From: a virus
Lineage: Duplodnaviria; Caudoviricetes
IMG/VR virus record: IMGVR_UViG_3300042988_000221
Span: 1-61,598 of that record
Direction: 5' to 3' (one strand)
Length of the DNA stretch: 61,598 nt
Positions 37,499 to 48,304 of the stretch are shown here, in pieces; the stretch's first letter is position 1; each line of letters opens with the position of its first letter. The translations under genes and the position numbers were made by a program. The notes beneath the pieces were generated by a model. The model made no database searches, was not told where the DNA came from, and saw nothing but the letters and a program-made list of their open reading frames with translations.

Positions 37499-37888
37499 AT
37501 GCAAAACAAAATATCATATTCAGACATAGATTTAACGTTTACTATACATCCTGTTAAGGGAGATATAGTATTGTCTACTAATGACCAAGCCGTAAAGAGA
37601 GCAATTAAAAATTTAATTATGACAGCTTTTTACGAAAGACCATTTCATCCAGAAATCGGGTCTTCATTGAGAAAGATGCTATTTGAGCCTATGTCGCCAA
37701 TATCATTATCTTATATTAGAAAAGAGATATATGACGTTATAACCAATTTTGAACCAAGAGCAAAGATAATAGACATTATTGTTGATACAACACCGGATTA
37801 TAATGCGGTAGTTATAACGATTAAATTTTATATATTATCAATAACCACCCCAATAGTTTTACAAATTTTACTAGATAGAGTTAGGTAA
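37499..37888 (+). CDS. gp25: Baseplate wedge gp25
   Basis: YSDIDL.F..HP, AVKRAIKNLI.T...ERPF.PEIGS, FEPR. Confidence 0.93.
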   Translation: MQNKISYSDIDLTFTIHPVKGDIVLSTNDQAVKRAIKNLIMTAFYERPFHPEIGSSLRKMLFEPMSPISLSYIRKEIYDVITNFEPRAKIIDIIVDTTPDYNAVVITIKFYILSITTPIVLQILLDRVR

Positions 37889-37892
37889 TAAT

Positions 37893-39956
37893 ATGGCATC
37901 AGCCAATGGAAACATGCAATTAGTGTCTTTAGATTTTGATGCTTTTAAACAGAATCTTAAGACATTTCTCAAATCTCAAGACACACTCAAAGATTATAAT
38001 TATGAGGGCAGTTCTCTTGCAATATTATTAGATTTGCTGTCTTATAATTCAGTTTATCTTGGATATTATTTAAATATGGTTGCGAATGAAATGTTTTTGG
38101 ATTCCGCAACCAAACGAAGTTCAGTTGTTTCTCATGCAAAATTGTTGGGATATACCCCAAGTTCAATGACAGCACCGACTGCAGTGGTAGATTTAGATAT
38201 TAAAGGATTAGAATTGTCATCTATTGTAATACCGAAGTTTACAAAATTTTTATCTGAATCAATTGATTTAGTAAATTATACTTTTGTAACTACCACAGAA
38301 TATGTTGCAAATACCGATGAAAATGGTGATGTATACATTTCTGGTATTACTCTGAAACAAGGTGAACCATTATCATATAGGTTCACATATGTTGGTGAAC
38401 CAAATTCATATGCTAAATTTAAGATTCCAGATTTAAATGTTGACTTAGATTCGTTAGAAGTTGTTGTACAGAATTCAAACACTGACGGATACATAACCAT
38501 TTATAATAAACCAAATGATTCATTAGCATTAGATGGGACATCGGAAGTATATTTTATACAGGAAGGAATGGATGGATATTATGAAATATATTTTGGTAAT
38601 GGTATTATAGGTAAGAAATTAACTGATGGTAATGTTGTCATATTAACTTATATTACTACAAAAGGTGATGTTTGTAATGGTGCAAAAAGTTTTGTTATAT
38701 TAGATCAACCAATAGCATCATATGATACATTAAATGTTGTTACTGTTCAAGCCGCATCTTCTGGGCAACAAAAAGAAAGTAATGAATTTATTAAGTATAT
38801 TGCACCAAAAGCATATTCGGCACAAGAAAGGGCAGTAACTGTTAATGATTATATTACATTAATCCAAAAGAATTCTGGATCATTTCCTATTGATTCTGTT
38901 ACAGTGTGGTCAGGGGAAGAAAATACTCCTCCTGTATACGGGAAAATATTTGTTGCAATTAAACCAAAAGGTGGTTATACAGTAACAACAAATCAAAAGA
39001 AACGAATTATTGAAGAGATTATTTCTCCAATTTCAGTATTAACTATTACACCAGAAATTGTGGATGTTGATTATACATATTTGAATTTATCAGTTGATGT
39101 ATTATATGATAAATCAAAAACATTATTATCAGCAGAGATATTAAAATCTTATATTATTTCTTCTATTAAAAATTATTGTAATGATAATCTTAATACATTT
39201 AATTCTACGTTTGTAATGGGAGATTTGATTAATTACATTAATGATTCGGATGATTCTATTATTACAAACGAACCAAAGGTATATTTAGAAAAGAAATTTG
39301 TGCCTGGGTTAAAATTTCCAGAAACATATACATTAGATTATGGAATTCCCCTTAAAAGGGATTTCTTTAGAAAATCGATAAGTATTTCACCTTCTATTCA
39401 AATACAAGATGAGACAGCAAATTATATTGTTAGAACAGAAGTTTTTATTGAAGAAGTGCCATCATCAGCATCAAATATACAAGAAATAAATATTATTAAT
39501 CCTGGGTTCAATTATACGTCTGCTCCAACGATCACTATATTAGGTGATGGAACTGGTGCAGAAGCAGAAGCAGAAATTACTAATGGTAAAATATCTAAAA
39601 TTACATTAACGAATTCTGGTACAAATTATACACAAGTAATTGTTCAAATATCTGGTGGTAATGGTATTTTAGGTTCTGCTACAGCAATATTGGCAGGACA
39701 ATATGGAACATTGAGATCATATTATTTCCAAAAGGGAATCAAATATATTTTAAATTCGAATGTTGGAACTGTAGATTATTTCAATGGTACAATAACATTA
39801 TATAATTTTATGCCATATGATGTTAACAATAGTTTAGGAATATTGAGTGTTAAAGCTATTCCAGATACAAATATTATATATTCAAAATACAACAAATTGT
39901 TAACACTAAATACTGATGACCCAACATCAATTTCAGTAAATTTAAAGATAAAATAA
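37893..39956 (+). CDS. gp6: Baseplate wedge gp6
   Basis: LDFD..K.NLK.FL, NEMFLDSA..RSSVVSHAK.LGY, Q.RAVT..DY, W.GEEN.PP.YGK. Confidence 0.94.
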   Translation: MASANGNMQLVSLDFDAFKQNLKTFLKSQDTLKDYNYEGSSLAILLDLLSYNSVYLGYYLNMVANEMFLDSATKRSSVVSHAKLLGYTPSSMTAPTAVVDLDIKGLELSSIVIPKFTKFLSESIDLVNYTFVTTTEYVANTDENGDVYISGITLKQGEPLSYRFTYVGEPNSYAKFKIPDLNVDLDSLEVVVQNSNTDGYITIYNKPNDSLALDGTSEVYFIQEGMDGYYEIYFGNGIIGKKLTDGNVVILTYITTKGDVCNGAKSFVILDQPIASYDTLNVVTVQAASSGQQKESNEFIKYIAPKAYSAQERAVTVNDYITLIQKNSGSFPIDSVTVWSGEENTPPVYGKIFVAIKPKGGYTVTTNQKKRIIEEIISPISVLTITPEIVDVDYTYLNLSVDVLYDKSKTLLSAEILKSYIISSIKNYCNDNLNTFNSTFVMGDLINYINDSDDSIITNEPKVYLEKKFVPGLKFPETYTLDYGIPLKRDFFRKSISISPSIQIQDETANYIVRTEVFIEEVPSSASNIQEINIINPGFNYTSAPTITILGDGTGAEAEAEITNGKISKITLTNSGTNYTQVIVQISGGNGILGSATAILAGQYGTLRSYYFQKGIKYILNSNVGTVDYFNGTITLYNFMPYDVNNSLGILSVKAIPDTNIIYSKYNKLLTLNTDDPTSISVNLKIK

Positions 39957-39957
39957 A

Positions 39958-42900
39958 GTGGCAATACCAGAAAATTTTAAACAGTCTTTAATAGTCGCAA
40001 GACAACTTCCTGCATTTATTCAAGACGAAGACTCATATCAAACCTTTATAAGATTTGTTGAGGCGTATTATGAATGGCTAGAAAATAGTTATCAGTTATA
40101 TGATAGATCAAAAAATCTTCTAAACTATAAAGATATTGATTCAACACTAGATGAATTTGAACAGTATTTTTATAATGAATTTCTTCAGTATTTTCCCACC
40201 GAAAGTTTAACAAACAAAAAGGAACTGGTAAAATTATCGAAAGAATTTTATCAAAGAAAAGGAACAGAATCATCTTTTAAATTTTTATTCAGAGCATTAT
40301 ATAATTCCGAATGCGATGTTTTTAATACCAGAAAATTTATGCTAATTGCATCTTCTGGTAAATGGATTATATCAAAATCTATTAAAATCAACACGTTAGA
40401 TGATAGATTTTTAAATATTAATAATTACAAAATTGTTGGAGAGACATCAAAATCTATTGCAAAGGTTGAAAGAAGTCAATATTCTGGGAATAAGATAGAA
40501 ATATATTTATCAGACATAGATAGAGAATTTTCTTCTGGAGAATATATTAGAGTTGTTGATAATAACTATAATGATATTGTTGTTGATGGAACGACATTAC
40601 GGGCAAAAATTATTGGGTTAATTCCATCTATAATTATAGATGATAATTTCAGAGGTTTAAATTATCAGACAGGAGATCCAGTAATTATCTATGGAGGATT
40701 AAATCCTGATATTACTGATCCTGTTGAAGCAAAAGCAGAAGTTGGGGAAGTTACAAATGGAAGCATTTCCACTATTACTATATTAAATGGTGGAACGGGA
40801 TATTCGTTGTATCCAAATACAACAATAAATTTTATTGGAGATGGGACTGGTGCTAATGCACAAGTAACTGGTATTGATAACACTGCTCCAACATTAATAT
40901 CTTATGTTCCATTAGATACTATCGCACCAATGGAAAGTGTTGTATTATCAGGGACTTATCCATTTAGTGGTGGAAGCGCAAATGCCAATACAACATTAGT
41001 GGATGCGTTATCTGCTTCATCTTTTACCACATATCCAATTTCTGAGATAACGGTAATTTCTGGTGGTACAAATTATTCTACAGCACCAACTGCAGAAATT
41101 ACTTCTTATATAAATTCTGGTGGTATTCAACAAACAGTACAAGCATTAGGTATTTGTTCTCCAATATCTATTACGTATCCGGGGTATAATTATTCTAATG
41201 GAGATATAATTGTATTGTCTGGGGGATCAGGAATTGGTGCATATGCAAATGTTAAATTAGTTGATGCTAATGGGTCAATATTACAAACTCAATATACAGT
41301 TGATGCAAACAATTTATTTCCATATGGTGGGTTTGGGTATACAAGTTCAGATTTACCAACAGTATCCACAATATCTTCTAATAATAAAATATTCTCATAT
41401 TCCACTGATACTGTTAGTAATGCCAATACTAATATATTATATTTCTCTGGTACAGCTAATGTTAAAATAGGAATGTATGTATATGGAAATAATATTATTT
41501 ATGATAGAACATTAAATTATTTTAAAAGTAATACAAAGGTAGTTGGAGTTGGTGTTAATAATGTTATAATTTCTAGGAATTTAACAAGACAAACAAATAT
41601 TGGAGATTCGTATGAGTTTGATGGAACGTCACTATTGGAAGTTGATTCTGTTTTAGGCGAATCAGCATCTGTTGGTGTTTCAGTTGACAAAATTGGACAA
41701 ATAGTATCATTAACACTATTAAATAGTGGTGAAGATTATGTTGAACAACCAACAGCAACATTAAAGGTGTTAAACCTTGTTGTATCTAATGTTAATGAAT
41801 TAAATTTACCAAAAAATGGAGATATGATATATCAAGGTGATGCAATTGTTCCATCCTTTTTGGCATATGTTTATTCAATTACTAAAGTTCCATATGAGTT
41901 TACAGATATATATTATCTCAGAATTTATAACTATAATGGATCATTAGATATTAATGATGATTTATTTATAGATCAAACCGTTGCCAATAGTAAAGAAATA
42001 ACATTATATATTGACACAACTTATAATAAATTTTCATATAATAATGGAATAAAATATTACGGAGATGGTAAAGCCAGAGCTAATGTAACATTTATTTCAG
42101 GAACCGTCACTGGACAAGGACAATATTTAAATTCTGACGGATTCCCAAGTTCATATTGTAAATTACAAGGTGAGATTTATAATGACTTTACATACATATT
42201 AAATGTTGAAAAGGCGTTGATAACATTTCAGAATGTGGTCAATAATATATTACATCCTGCTGGAACAAAAATGATCAGTAGGAATGTGTTAAAAAGTAAT
42301 ACAGAAATGTATGCTAATACCACGTCGTATGAAAGTGATGTTTTAAATTTATTAAATTATGTTTATCCTACAACATATGCAGAAATGTTATTAGAAACAG
42401 CATTTAATCATGATAGTTTAACAACAGAATATCAAGAAATTTTAACTACTGAGTCTGGATCAGAATTATATTTCTTAATAGATAACACTCCAGATTCCAA
42501 TTATTTTAATGAAAAAAATATACTATATCCATTTGCAACCAATAAAGTTTATTTTAGAGATTTGAATTCTGGCTTAAGTGGTATATCATTAGATGGTGTT
42601 GCATTTGCCAATGACACAATTTCGTTAAATTCCAATCATAATGAAAACGTTTGTTCAAAAATTACATTTGTTGATTCTGCAAATTCGGTGGTATATCTTG
42701 AAGATTCGATTATTTTAAAATATGCCAATGTGGCATATGGATATGCCAATGCTAATTCTGTTTTGATTGCAAATTTGACAAGTAGATTTGATTTACTTAA
42801 TAATGGAAAATACAAGAACACCAATTACTTAATGGATATTGTTTTTGATAATGATTATGTAACAATTGGTGCAAATACACACAAAATCTCAACAGTAGAT

Positions 42901-43104
42901 TATAATAATTTTATTTTATACACAGCCAATACTTTAGAAACATATGGCAACAATTCTAATCCACAATTAATTACAATTGTAAGGAATTTCAGAGCAAACA
43001 ACATTAAGATTAAATATAATACTGATTATCTAGCATTAATAGATGAAGCAAATAATTCATTTATTACCGATGAATCTAATACAGATATCTACATTCCATT
43101 ATAA
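39958..43104 (+). CDS. gp7: Baseplate wedge initiator gp7-like
   Basis: QLP.FI, F.EAYYEWLE, FYQRKGTE.SFKFLFR, LHPAGTK; follows gp6. Confidence 0.8.
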   Translation: MAIPENFKQSLIVARQLPAFIQDEDSYQTFIRFVEAYYEWLENSYQLYDRSKNLLNYKDIDSTLDEFEQYFYNEFLQYFPTESLTNKKELVKLSKEFYQRKGTESSFKFLFRALYNSECDVFNTRKFMLIASSGKWIISKSIKINTLDDRFLNINNYKIVGETSKSIAKVERSQYSGNKIEIYLSDIDREFSSGEYIRVVDNNYNDIVVDGTTLRAKIIGLIPSIIIDDNFRGLNYQTGDPVIIYGGLNPDITDPVEAKAEVGEVTNGSISTITILNGGTGYSLYPNTTINFIGDGTGANAQVTGIDNTAPTLISYVPLDTIAPMESVVLSGTYPFSGGSANANTTLVDALSASSFTTYPISEITVISGGTNYSTAPTAEITSYINSGGIQQTVQALGICSPISITYPGYNYSNGDIIVLSGGSGIGAYANVKLVDANGSILQTQYTVDANNLFPYGGFGYTSSDLPTVSTISSNNKIFSYSTDTVSNANTNILYFSGTANVKIGMYVYGNNIIYDRTLNYFKSNTKVVGVGVNNVIISRNLTRQTNIGDSYEFDGTSLLEVDSVLGESASVGVSVDKIGQIVSLTLLNSGEDYVEQPTATLKVLNLVVSNVNELNLPKNGDMIYQGDAIVPSFLAYVYSITKVPYEFTDIYYLRIYNYNGSLDINDDLFIDQTVANSKEITLYIDTTYNKFSYNNGIKYYGDGKARANVTFISGTVTGQGQYLNSDGFPSSYCKLQGEIYNDFTYILNVEKALITFQNVVNNILHPAGTKMISRNVLKSNTEMYANTTSYESDVLNLLNYVYPTTYAEMLLETAFNHDSLTTEYQEILTTESGSELYFLIDNTPDSNYFNEKNILYPFATNKVYFRDLNSGLSGISLDGVAFANDTISLNSNHNENVCSKITFVDSANSVVYLEDSIILKYANVAYGYANANSVLIANLTSRFDLLNNGKYKNTNYLMDIVFDNDYVTIGANTHKISTVDYNNFILYTANTLETYGNNSNPQLITIVRNFRANNIKIKYNTDYLALIDEANNSFITDESNTDIYIPL

Positions 43105-43107
43105 ATA
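43100..43107 (+). promoter_or_regulatory. T4-type late promoter
   Basis: TATAAATA over the gp7 stop. Confidence 0.7.
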
Positions 43108-43127
43108 GTAAATAAACGGAAACAAAA

Positions 43128-44060
43128 ATGTCATCAATAAAAATTTCACAATTACCAGAAGCTAATGCAGCTTCACCTAATACAGTAGTATTGGCAGTAA
43201 ATAAAGATTTGAATAGAACTGTCACAATTACATTGGCATCTATTGGTAATTACATCAGTAATACATTATTAACTCTCCAATCTATTAGTGCTTTTAACCA
43301 AGCCAATATTGCTTTAGGGGTTGGGCAAGCAGCATATAATAAAGCCAATTCTGTGCATGTTGATGCAAATAATTATTTTACATTTACATATGGTCGATCA
43401 AATACTTCATTTAGTTTAGCACAAACTGCATTTTCTCAGGCTAATGCGGCATATTCTCAAGCTAATACCGGAGCATCAACAGCAACATTAGCATTTAATC
43501 AAGCAAATGCCGCATATCTTATTGCAAATACAAATTATGCCGCAAGTAATACTGCACAAATTTTGACATTTGCAAATGCTGCATATGCCTTGGCTAATTC
43601 AAAAATAACTGCGCCAACAACAGTTTATCCAAATTCAGTATTAGCATTTAATTCTGCAAATACAAAATCCATTCAGAATTGTACAATAGTAGTTGTAAAT
43701 GGTGATTCATTTAATAATATTAAAACCCTTGGATTAAAAGCAGAATTTGATTATGGAAATTCTCACACTGCCAAAACAATTTATCTAAGTAATGGTCAAC
43801 GTCAGCGAATAACATTGAATGCCAATTGTACATTAACAGTTAACACATTAAATGCTTTAATATCAACATATACATTAAGAATAATTCAAGATTTTGGTGG
43901 AGCAAAATATATTACATGGAGTGGAATATCAAGTTCTAGATGGGTACAAAGTTCATCTGCTCATGAATTAAATTATAGTGCAAATGGAGAAAGCTTAATG
44001 TCTATTTATTATGATGGAACCAATATGATTCAAAATATTGGTAAGGTTGGTTCCGCATAA
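43128..44060 (+). CDS. Fibre/spike-associated structural protein with AFxQANxAY heptads
   Basis: IKISQLP start, coiled-coil repeats, C-terminal beta domain. Confidence 0.6.
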   Translation: MSSIKISQLPEANAASPNTVVLAVNKDLNRTVTITLASIGNYISNTLLTLQSISAFNQANIALGVGQAAYNKANSVHVDANNYFTFTYGRSNTSFSLAQTAFSQANAAYSQANTGASTATLAFNQANAAYLIANTNYAASNTAQILTFANAAYALANSKITAPTTVYPNSVLAFNSANTKSIQNCTIVVVNGDSFNNIKTLGLKAEFDYGNSHTAKTIYLSNGQRQRITLNANCTLTVNTLNALISTYTLRIIQDFGGAKYITWSGISSSRWVQSSSAHELNYSANGESLMSIYYDGTNMIQNIGKVGSA

Positions 44061-46675
44061 TGGCAACATATTACGTCTCAACAACTGGTAATGATTCTAA
44101 TATTGGATCATTAGCTTCTCCATGGAGAACATTTCAAAAAGCAATTAATTCGTGTGTTGCAGGCGATACAGCATATTTTCGAGGTGGTGTTTATAATGAA
44201 ATGGTTACAACTTGGATATCAGGTACAGCATCAAATAGAATTACATTCATTGCGTATCCTGGTGAAATTCCAATTCTTGATGGAACAGGATTAACACCAA
44301 CTGCATATCAAAATCAAATATATGTTGGTGGAAGTTATGTTACTGTAGATGGGTTTGAATGTAGGAATTTTAATTTAACTACACATAATTATGGATATGG
44401 TGTGTGGGTAGATCCAAATTCTAATTATGTTATTATTAGAAACCACATTTCTCATGATATGTGGTCTGCTGGTATAATTTGTGGTGGAAATAATGCAACC
44501 GTTGAAAATAGTGTTGTTTATAATACATGCTTAGGTGTTAGATCAGATGTTTTATGGCCGGGAGTTGAGATGTGGGGAAGTGGTCTGCAAGTACAGACAC
44601 CAAATTATTCTCCTTGGACTGGGGCATATACTACTTATATAAGACAAGGCTCTGTTTGTAGAAATAACATAGTGTATGAAAATTATGGTGAAGGAATTAT
44701 GTTAATGAGAGTGAAAAATTGTGAATGTTATGGTAATATTGTATATGATAACATGGCAGTAAATTTATATGTAACAGATTGTGATCATTGTAATACATAT
44801 GGAAATTTAGTATATGCTACTTCTAGAAGTAGCACATTATTTGGTACAAGAGGTCCTGGGAGAGGATTAGGAACTGGAAATGAATATGCTTGGAATTCTG
44901 CAGGATCTAGTTATAACAATTTCTATAACAATATTGTTTATAAAACTGCTGCGCCATTTACATATTTTATTCAACCTACTTCTGGAGGATTTAATCAATT
45001 TTTAAATTGTAATGTTGTGAATAACATATTTGCTGACGGGGATCAAGTTGGTGCTGGTCCATATGGAAACTCTGCGACAACTGTGCAATTTAGTGCAAGT
45101 GCTGCAAGTGGTTCAACATTTATGAATAACATTTGTACTCAAACAAATGTGTCTTATGCAATTTTTTCTGGTAACACTAGTGGAATAACATTTTCATATA
45201 ATTTGTGGTCAAAAACACCATCGGGGTTAGCATTAGTAAATAGTATTGTTTCATCGGCCACATTATTTACTAATACCGGAACTTATGGATCAGGAACATT
45301 AACCGGACATTATTTTGATCCAGTATCAACATCACCAGCAATAGGACAAGCAACCACATTAGCATTGGTTTCTACTGATTTTTTTGGTAATACTAGATTA
45401 ATTCCTCCAACAATAGGAGCAATTGAATATAATAGTAGTGGAGGTGGTGGCGGATCAAATACATCTATTACATGGGGTGATATTCCAACACCATGGTATT
45501 ACTCAGATATTGGAACTGTTGGTGTTGTAGGTAATGCACAATATTCTAATGGAATGTTTAAAGTTGTATCGTCTGGTTCCGACATTTATTTTTCTTCAGA
45601 TTCGTTTGGATTTTTATCACAAGTATTGAGAGATGATTTTGAAATATCTTTATCTGTTGATTCATTTGATAGCATAACGCAATATTCTAAATATGGTTTA
45701 ATGATAAGAGATTCATTAGACGCGAATTCAGTATTTTATATGATAAATAAGGAGCCATCTGATAATCCAACAACTTGGACCAGAAGTTATAAAAGAATTG
45801 CACAAGCTGGATCAGCACAATCATTAACAATTGAATATACTACAGATAAATATTTAAAATTAAAACGGGTTGCAAATACGATTTATGGTTATGCATCTGC
45901 AAATGGTGTAACCTGGACAGAAAAATCTAATACAAGTTTACCATTAAGCAATAATGCTTATGTTGGTTTAGCGGCTTGTTCACAATTAAACACAACATTA
46001 GGAACGGCAATATTTAATAATGTTGTAATTACACAAAGAATACCTTCGCCATGGGAAGTACAAGATATTGGTCCTATTGATGTTGCTGGTAGCGATAGTT
46101 TTACAACACCAAATCAATTCACATTAGTTGGAAATGGTGTTGATATATGGGGTAATGCTGACACATTTAGATTTTGTTCTGTAAATTTAACTGGTAATTT
46201 TGAAATGTATGTAAATTTTGTTTCCAGTTCTGGTTCAACAAGTATATATTCTAAAAATGGTATAATGGCCAGGAATAGTACATCTTCTAATTCTCAATAT
46301 ATTTTAATATCTAAAACTCCTATAAATAATAATAGAATTGAAACAACTTACCGATCAACACTCAATGGCACTGCACAACAATCTGCAGAAGTATATTCAT
46401 CTGCAAACACATATTTAAAAATTACTAGAATAGGTAATAATTTTAAAACATTTAGATCTAATTCCAATTCCAATTGGTTGGAAATGGCAAATACAACAAT
46501 TGTAATGGATGATACAATTAAAGTTGGAATGGTTGCGTGCGATAATACATATAGTTCCAGTCCATATAATAAATATGAGATGATAACATCAACATTTAAT
46601 AATGTATATTATAGTGCTGGCACTCCTAGCACATCCAGTAAAAAATTAGTATTATTTCTTGGTGACATTTTTTAA
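44060..46675 (+). CDS. Putative tailspike/depolymerase: beta-helix plus two ConA-like (DUF1349-like) modules
   Basis: YYVSTTGND..G....PW, parallel beta-helix repeats, IGAIE; two W...DIG...G.DI....D.F...K.G.M.R modules. Confidence 0.72.
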   Translation: MATYYVSTTGNDSNIGSLASPWRTFQKAINSCVAGDTAYFRGGVYNEMVTTWISGTASNRITFIAYPGEIPILDGTGLTPTAYQNQIYVGGSYVTVDGFECRNFNLTTHNYGYGVWVDPNSNYVIIRNHISHDMWSAGIICGGNNATVENSVVYNTCLGVRSDVLWPGVEMWGSGLQVQTPNYSPWTGAYTTYIRQGSVCRNNIVYENYGEGIMLMRVKNCECYGNIVYDNMAVNLYVTDCDHCNTYGNLVYATSRSSTLFGTRGPGRGLGTGNEYAWNSAGSSYNNFYNNIVYKTAAPFTYFIQPTSGGFNQFLNCNVVNNIFADGDQVGAGPYGNSATTVQFSASAASGSTFMNNICTQTNVSYAIFSGNTSGITFSYNLWSKTPSGLALVNSIVSSATLFTNTGTYGSGTLTGHYFDPVSTSPAIGQATTLALVSTDFFGNTRLIPPTIGAIEYNSSGGGGGSNTSITWGDIPTPWYYSDIGTVGVVGNAQYSNGMFKVVSSGSDIYFSSDSFGFLSQVLRDDFEISLSVDSFDSITQYSKYGLMIRDSLDANSVFYMINKEPSDNPTTWTRSYKRIAQAGSAQSLTIEYTTDKYLKLKRVANTIYGYASANGVTWTEKSNTSLPLSNNAYVGLAACSQLNTTLGTAIFNNVVITQRIPSPWEVQDIGPIDVAGSDSFTTPNQFTLVGNGVDIWGNADTFRFCSVNLTGNFEMYVNFVSSSGSTSIYSKNGIMARNSTSSNSQYILISKTPINNNRIETTYRSTLNGTAQQSAEVYSSANTYLKITRIGNNFKTFRSNSNSNWLEMANTTIVMDDTIKVGMVACDNTYSSSPYNKYEMITSTFNNVYYSAGTPSTSSKKLVLFLGDIF

Positions 46676-46685
46676 CGAGTAACAT

Positions 46686-48293
46686 ATGCCAAATTCAATT
46701 ATTACACATACTCCAGAAATAGAAAAAACATATTTTAACCCAGTATTATATCTCAATTATGATGAATATGATGGATCATTCCAGAATTTATATATTTTTA
46801 TAGCAAAATCTGATCCTTGGGCAAATATTATTCCTACAGAATTTGTTAATACTCAGAAAAATGTGAAAGATCTATTTAAAAATATTATTGCAATTAAAAA
46901 ATTAAATGTTTCAGATATTAGCCCTGTTATTGAAAAAATAACATGGAAGGCCAATACATATTATGATATTTACACCGATATTGAAGACATGTTTGTTAGA
47001 GATTCAAATAAAAAATTAATAAAGAAATTCTATGTGAAGAATAGATTTGATCAAATATTTAAGTGTCTTTGGAATAATAAAAATACCTCAAACACTTACA
47101 CCATTTCCAATATAATAACTGCTAATAATTACAAAAGTATTACTCATTCTGGTGGAACATTCGATATTGGTAGTTATGTAACAATTGATACAGTAGATTC
47201 TTCAGATTATAACGGCACATATAAAATTATTGATAGTTCGTTAGGTTTGGCTAATGTTGCATTTGGTAATTCGGGATCATATATAATTACTACAAATTCA
47301 GCATATACTTCTGGTGGTACTATAAAATATTCCGTATTATCAAGTGAAGAACCGGTTTTTGATGTTGGAACATTTGATAAAAATGATGTTGTTAAAACAT
47401 CCGATGGGTATAAATGGAAATATATTTATACTATTGATCCTGGGACAAAATTAAAATTCTCTGATGATGAATGGATTACTATTCCGGTTCAAATAGATAA
47501 TCAAAACCCATATTATTCTGATGCTAAATTCGGATGTATAGATGTTATAAATATAGTTGATGGTGGAACCGGATATACTGATGGTGTTGGTACTGTTGAT
47601 TTATTTATTGATGGAGATGGGGAAAGTGCTGTAGGAGATGTTTATGTATCTGGTGGCAAAATATCTGATATCTTATTATCTGATTATGGGTCAAACTATA
47701 CATATGCGAATGTTATTATACAACCAGCATATGGATATGCTGGATCTGGTGCCCAAATTACTCATTCCATTTCACCAATAGGTGGACATGGATTTAATTA
47801 TATGAAAGAATTTGATTGTAGAGATGTTATGATATCGTGTACAATAGAACAAGATGACAATATTCCAACAGATATTACATTTCATCAAGTCGGAATTCTT
47901 TGTAATCCATTTACATATGAAAGCGCAACATCACATGCTAATACATCTTTTTATAGTTTAATGACTAGCTTTGTGTTGTCAGCAGGATTGAATGAATATA
48001 GTCAAGGTGAAACCATTTATCAGGGGTCATCCCTAGAAACAGCAACATTTTCTGGAACTGTCGTCTCTTTTGATAATATAAATAATATGTTATATGTTAT
48101 AAATACTACAGGAACACCACAGACGAATTATTCATTATTTGGTGAAATCTCTTCAACTAATAGAATTATAACACAAATAAATACTCCAGGGATTATAATT
48201 TATTCTGGAACAATTTATCATTTAGAAAACAAAGTTGGTATAGAACGACATCCACTTGGATCAGAACAAGTTAGAATTTTAATTTCTTATTAA
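46686..48293 (+). CDS. gp8: Baseplate wedge gp8-like
   Basis: YIFIAKSDPW, IFKCLWN, SDGYKWKYIYTI, SPIGGHG, I.R....EQVRI. Confidence 0.85.
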   Translation: MPNSIITHTPEIEKTYFNPVLYLNYDEYDGSFQNLYIFIAKSDPWANIIPTEFVNTQKNVKDLFKNIIAIKKLNVSDISPVIEKITWKANTYYDIYTDIEDMFVRDSNKKLIKKFYVKNRFDQIFKCLWNNKNTSNTYTISNIITANNYKSITHSGGTFDIGSYVTIDTVDSSDYNGTYKIIDSSLGLANVAFGNSGSYIITTNSAYTSGGTIKYSVLSSEEPVFDVGTFDKNDVVKTSDGYKWKYIYTIDPGTKLKFSDDEWITIPVQIDNQNPYYSDAKFGCIDVINIVDGGTGYTDGVGTVDLFIDGDGESAVGDVYVSGGKISDILLSDYGSNYTYANVIIQPAYGYAGSGAQITHSISPIGGHGFNYMKEFDCRDVMISCTIEQDDNIPTDITFHQVGILCNPFTYESATSHANTSFYSLMTSFVLSAGLNEYSQGETIYQGSSLETATFSGTVVSFDNINNMLYVINTTGTPQTNYSLFGEISSTNRIITQINTPGIIIYSGTIYHLENKVGIERHPLGSEQVRILISY

Positions 48294-48304
48294 TTGGTAA
48301 AAAC

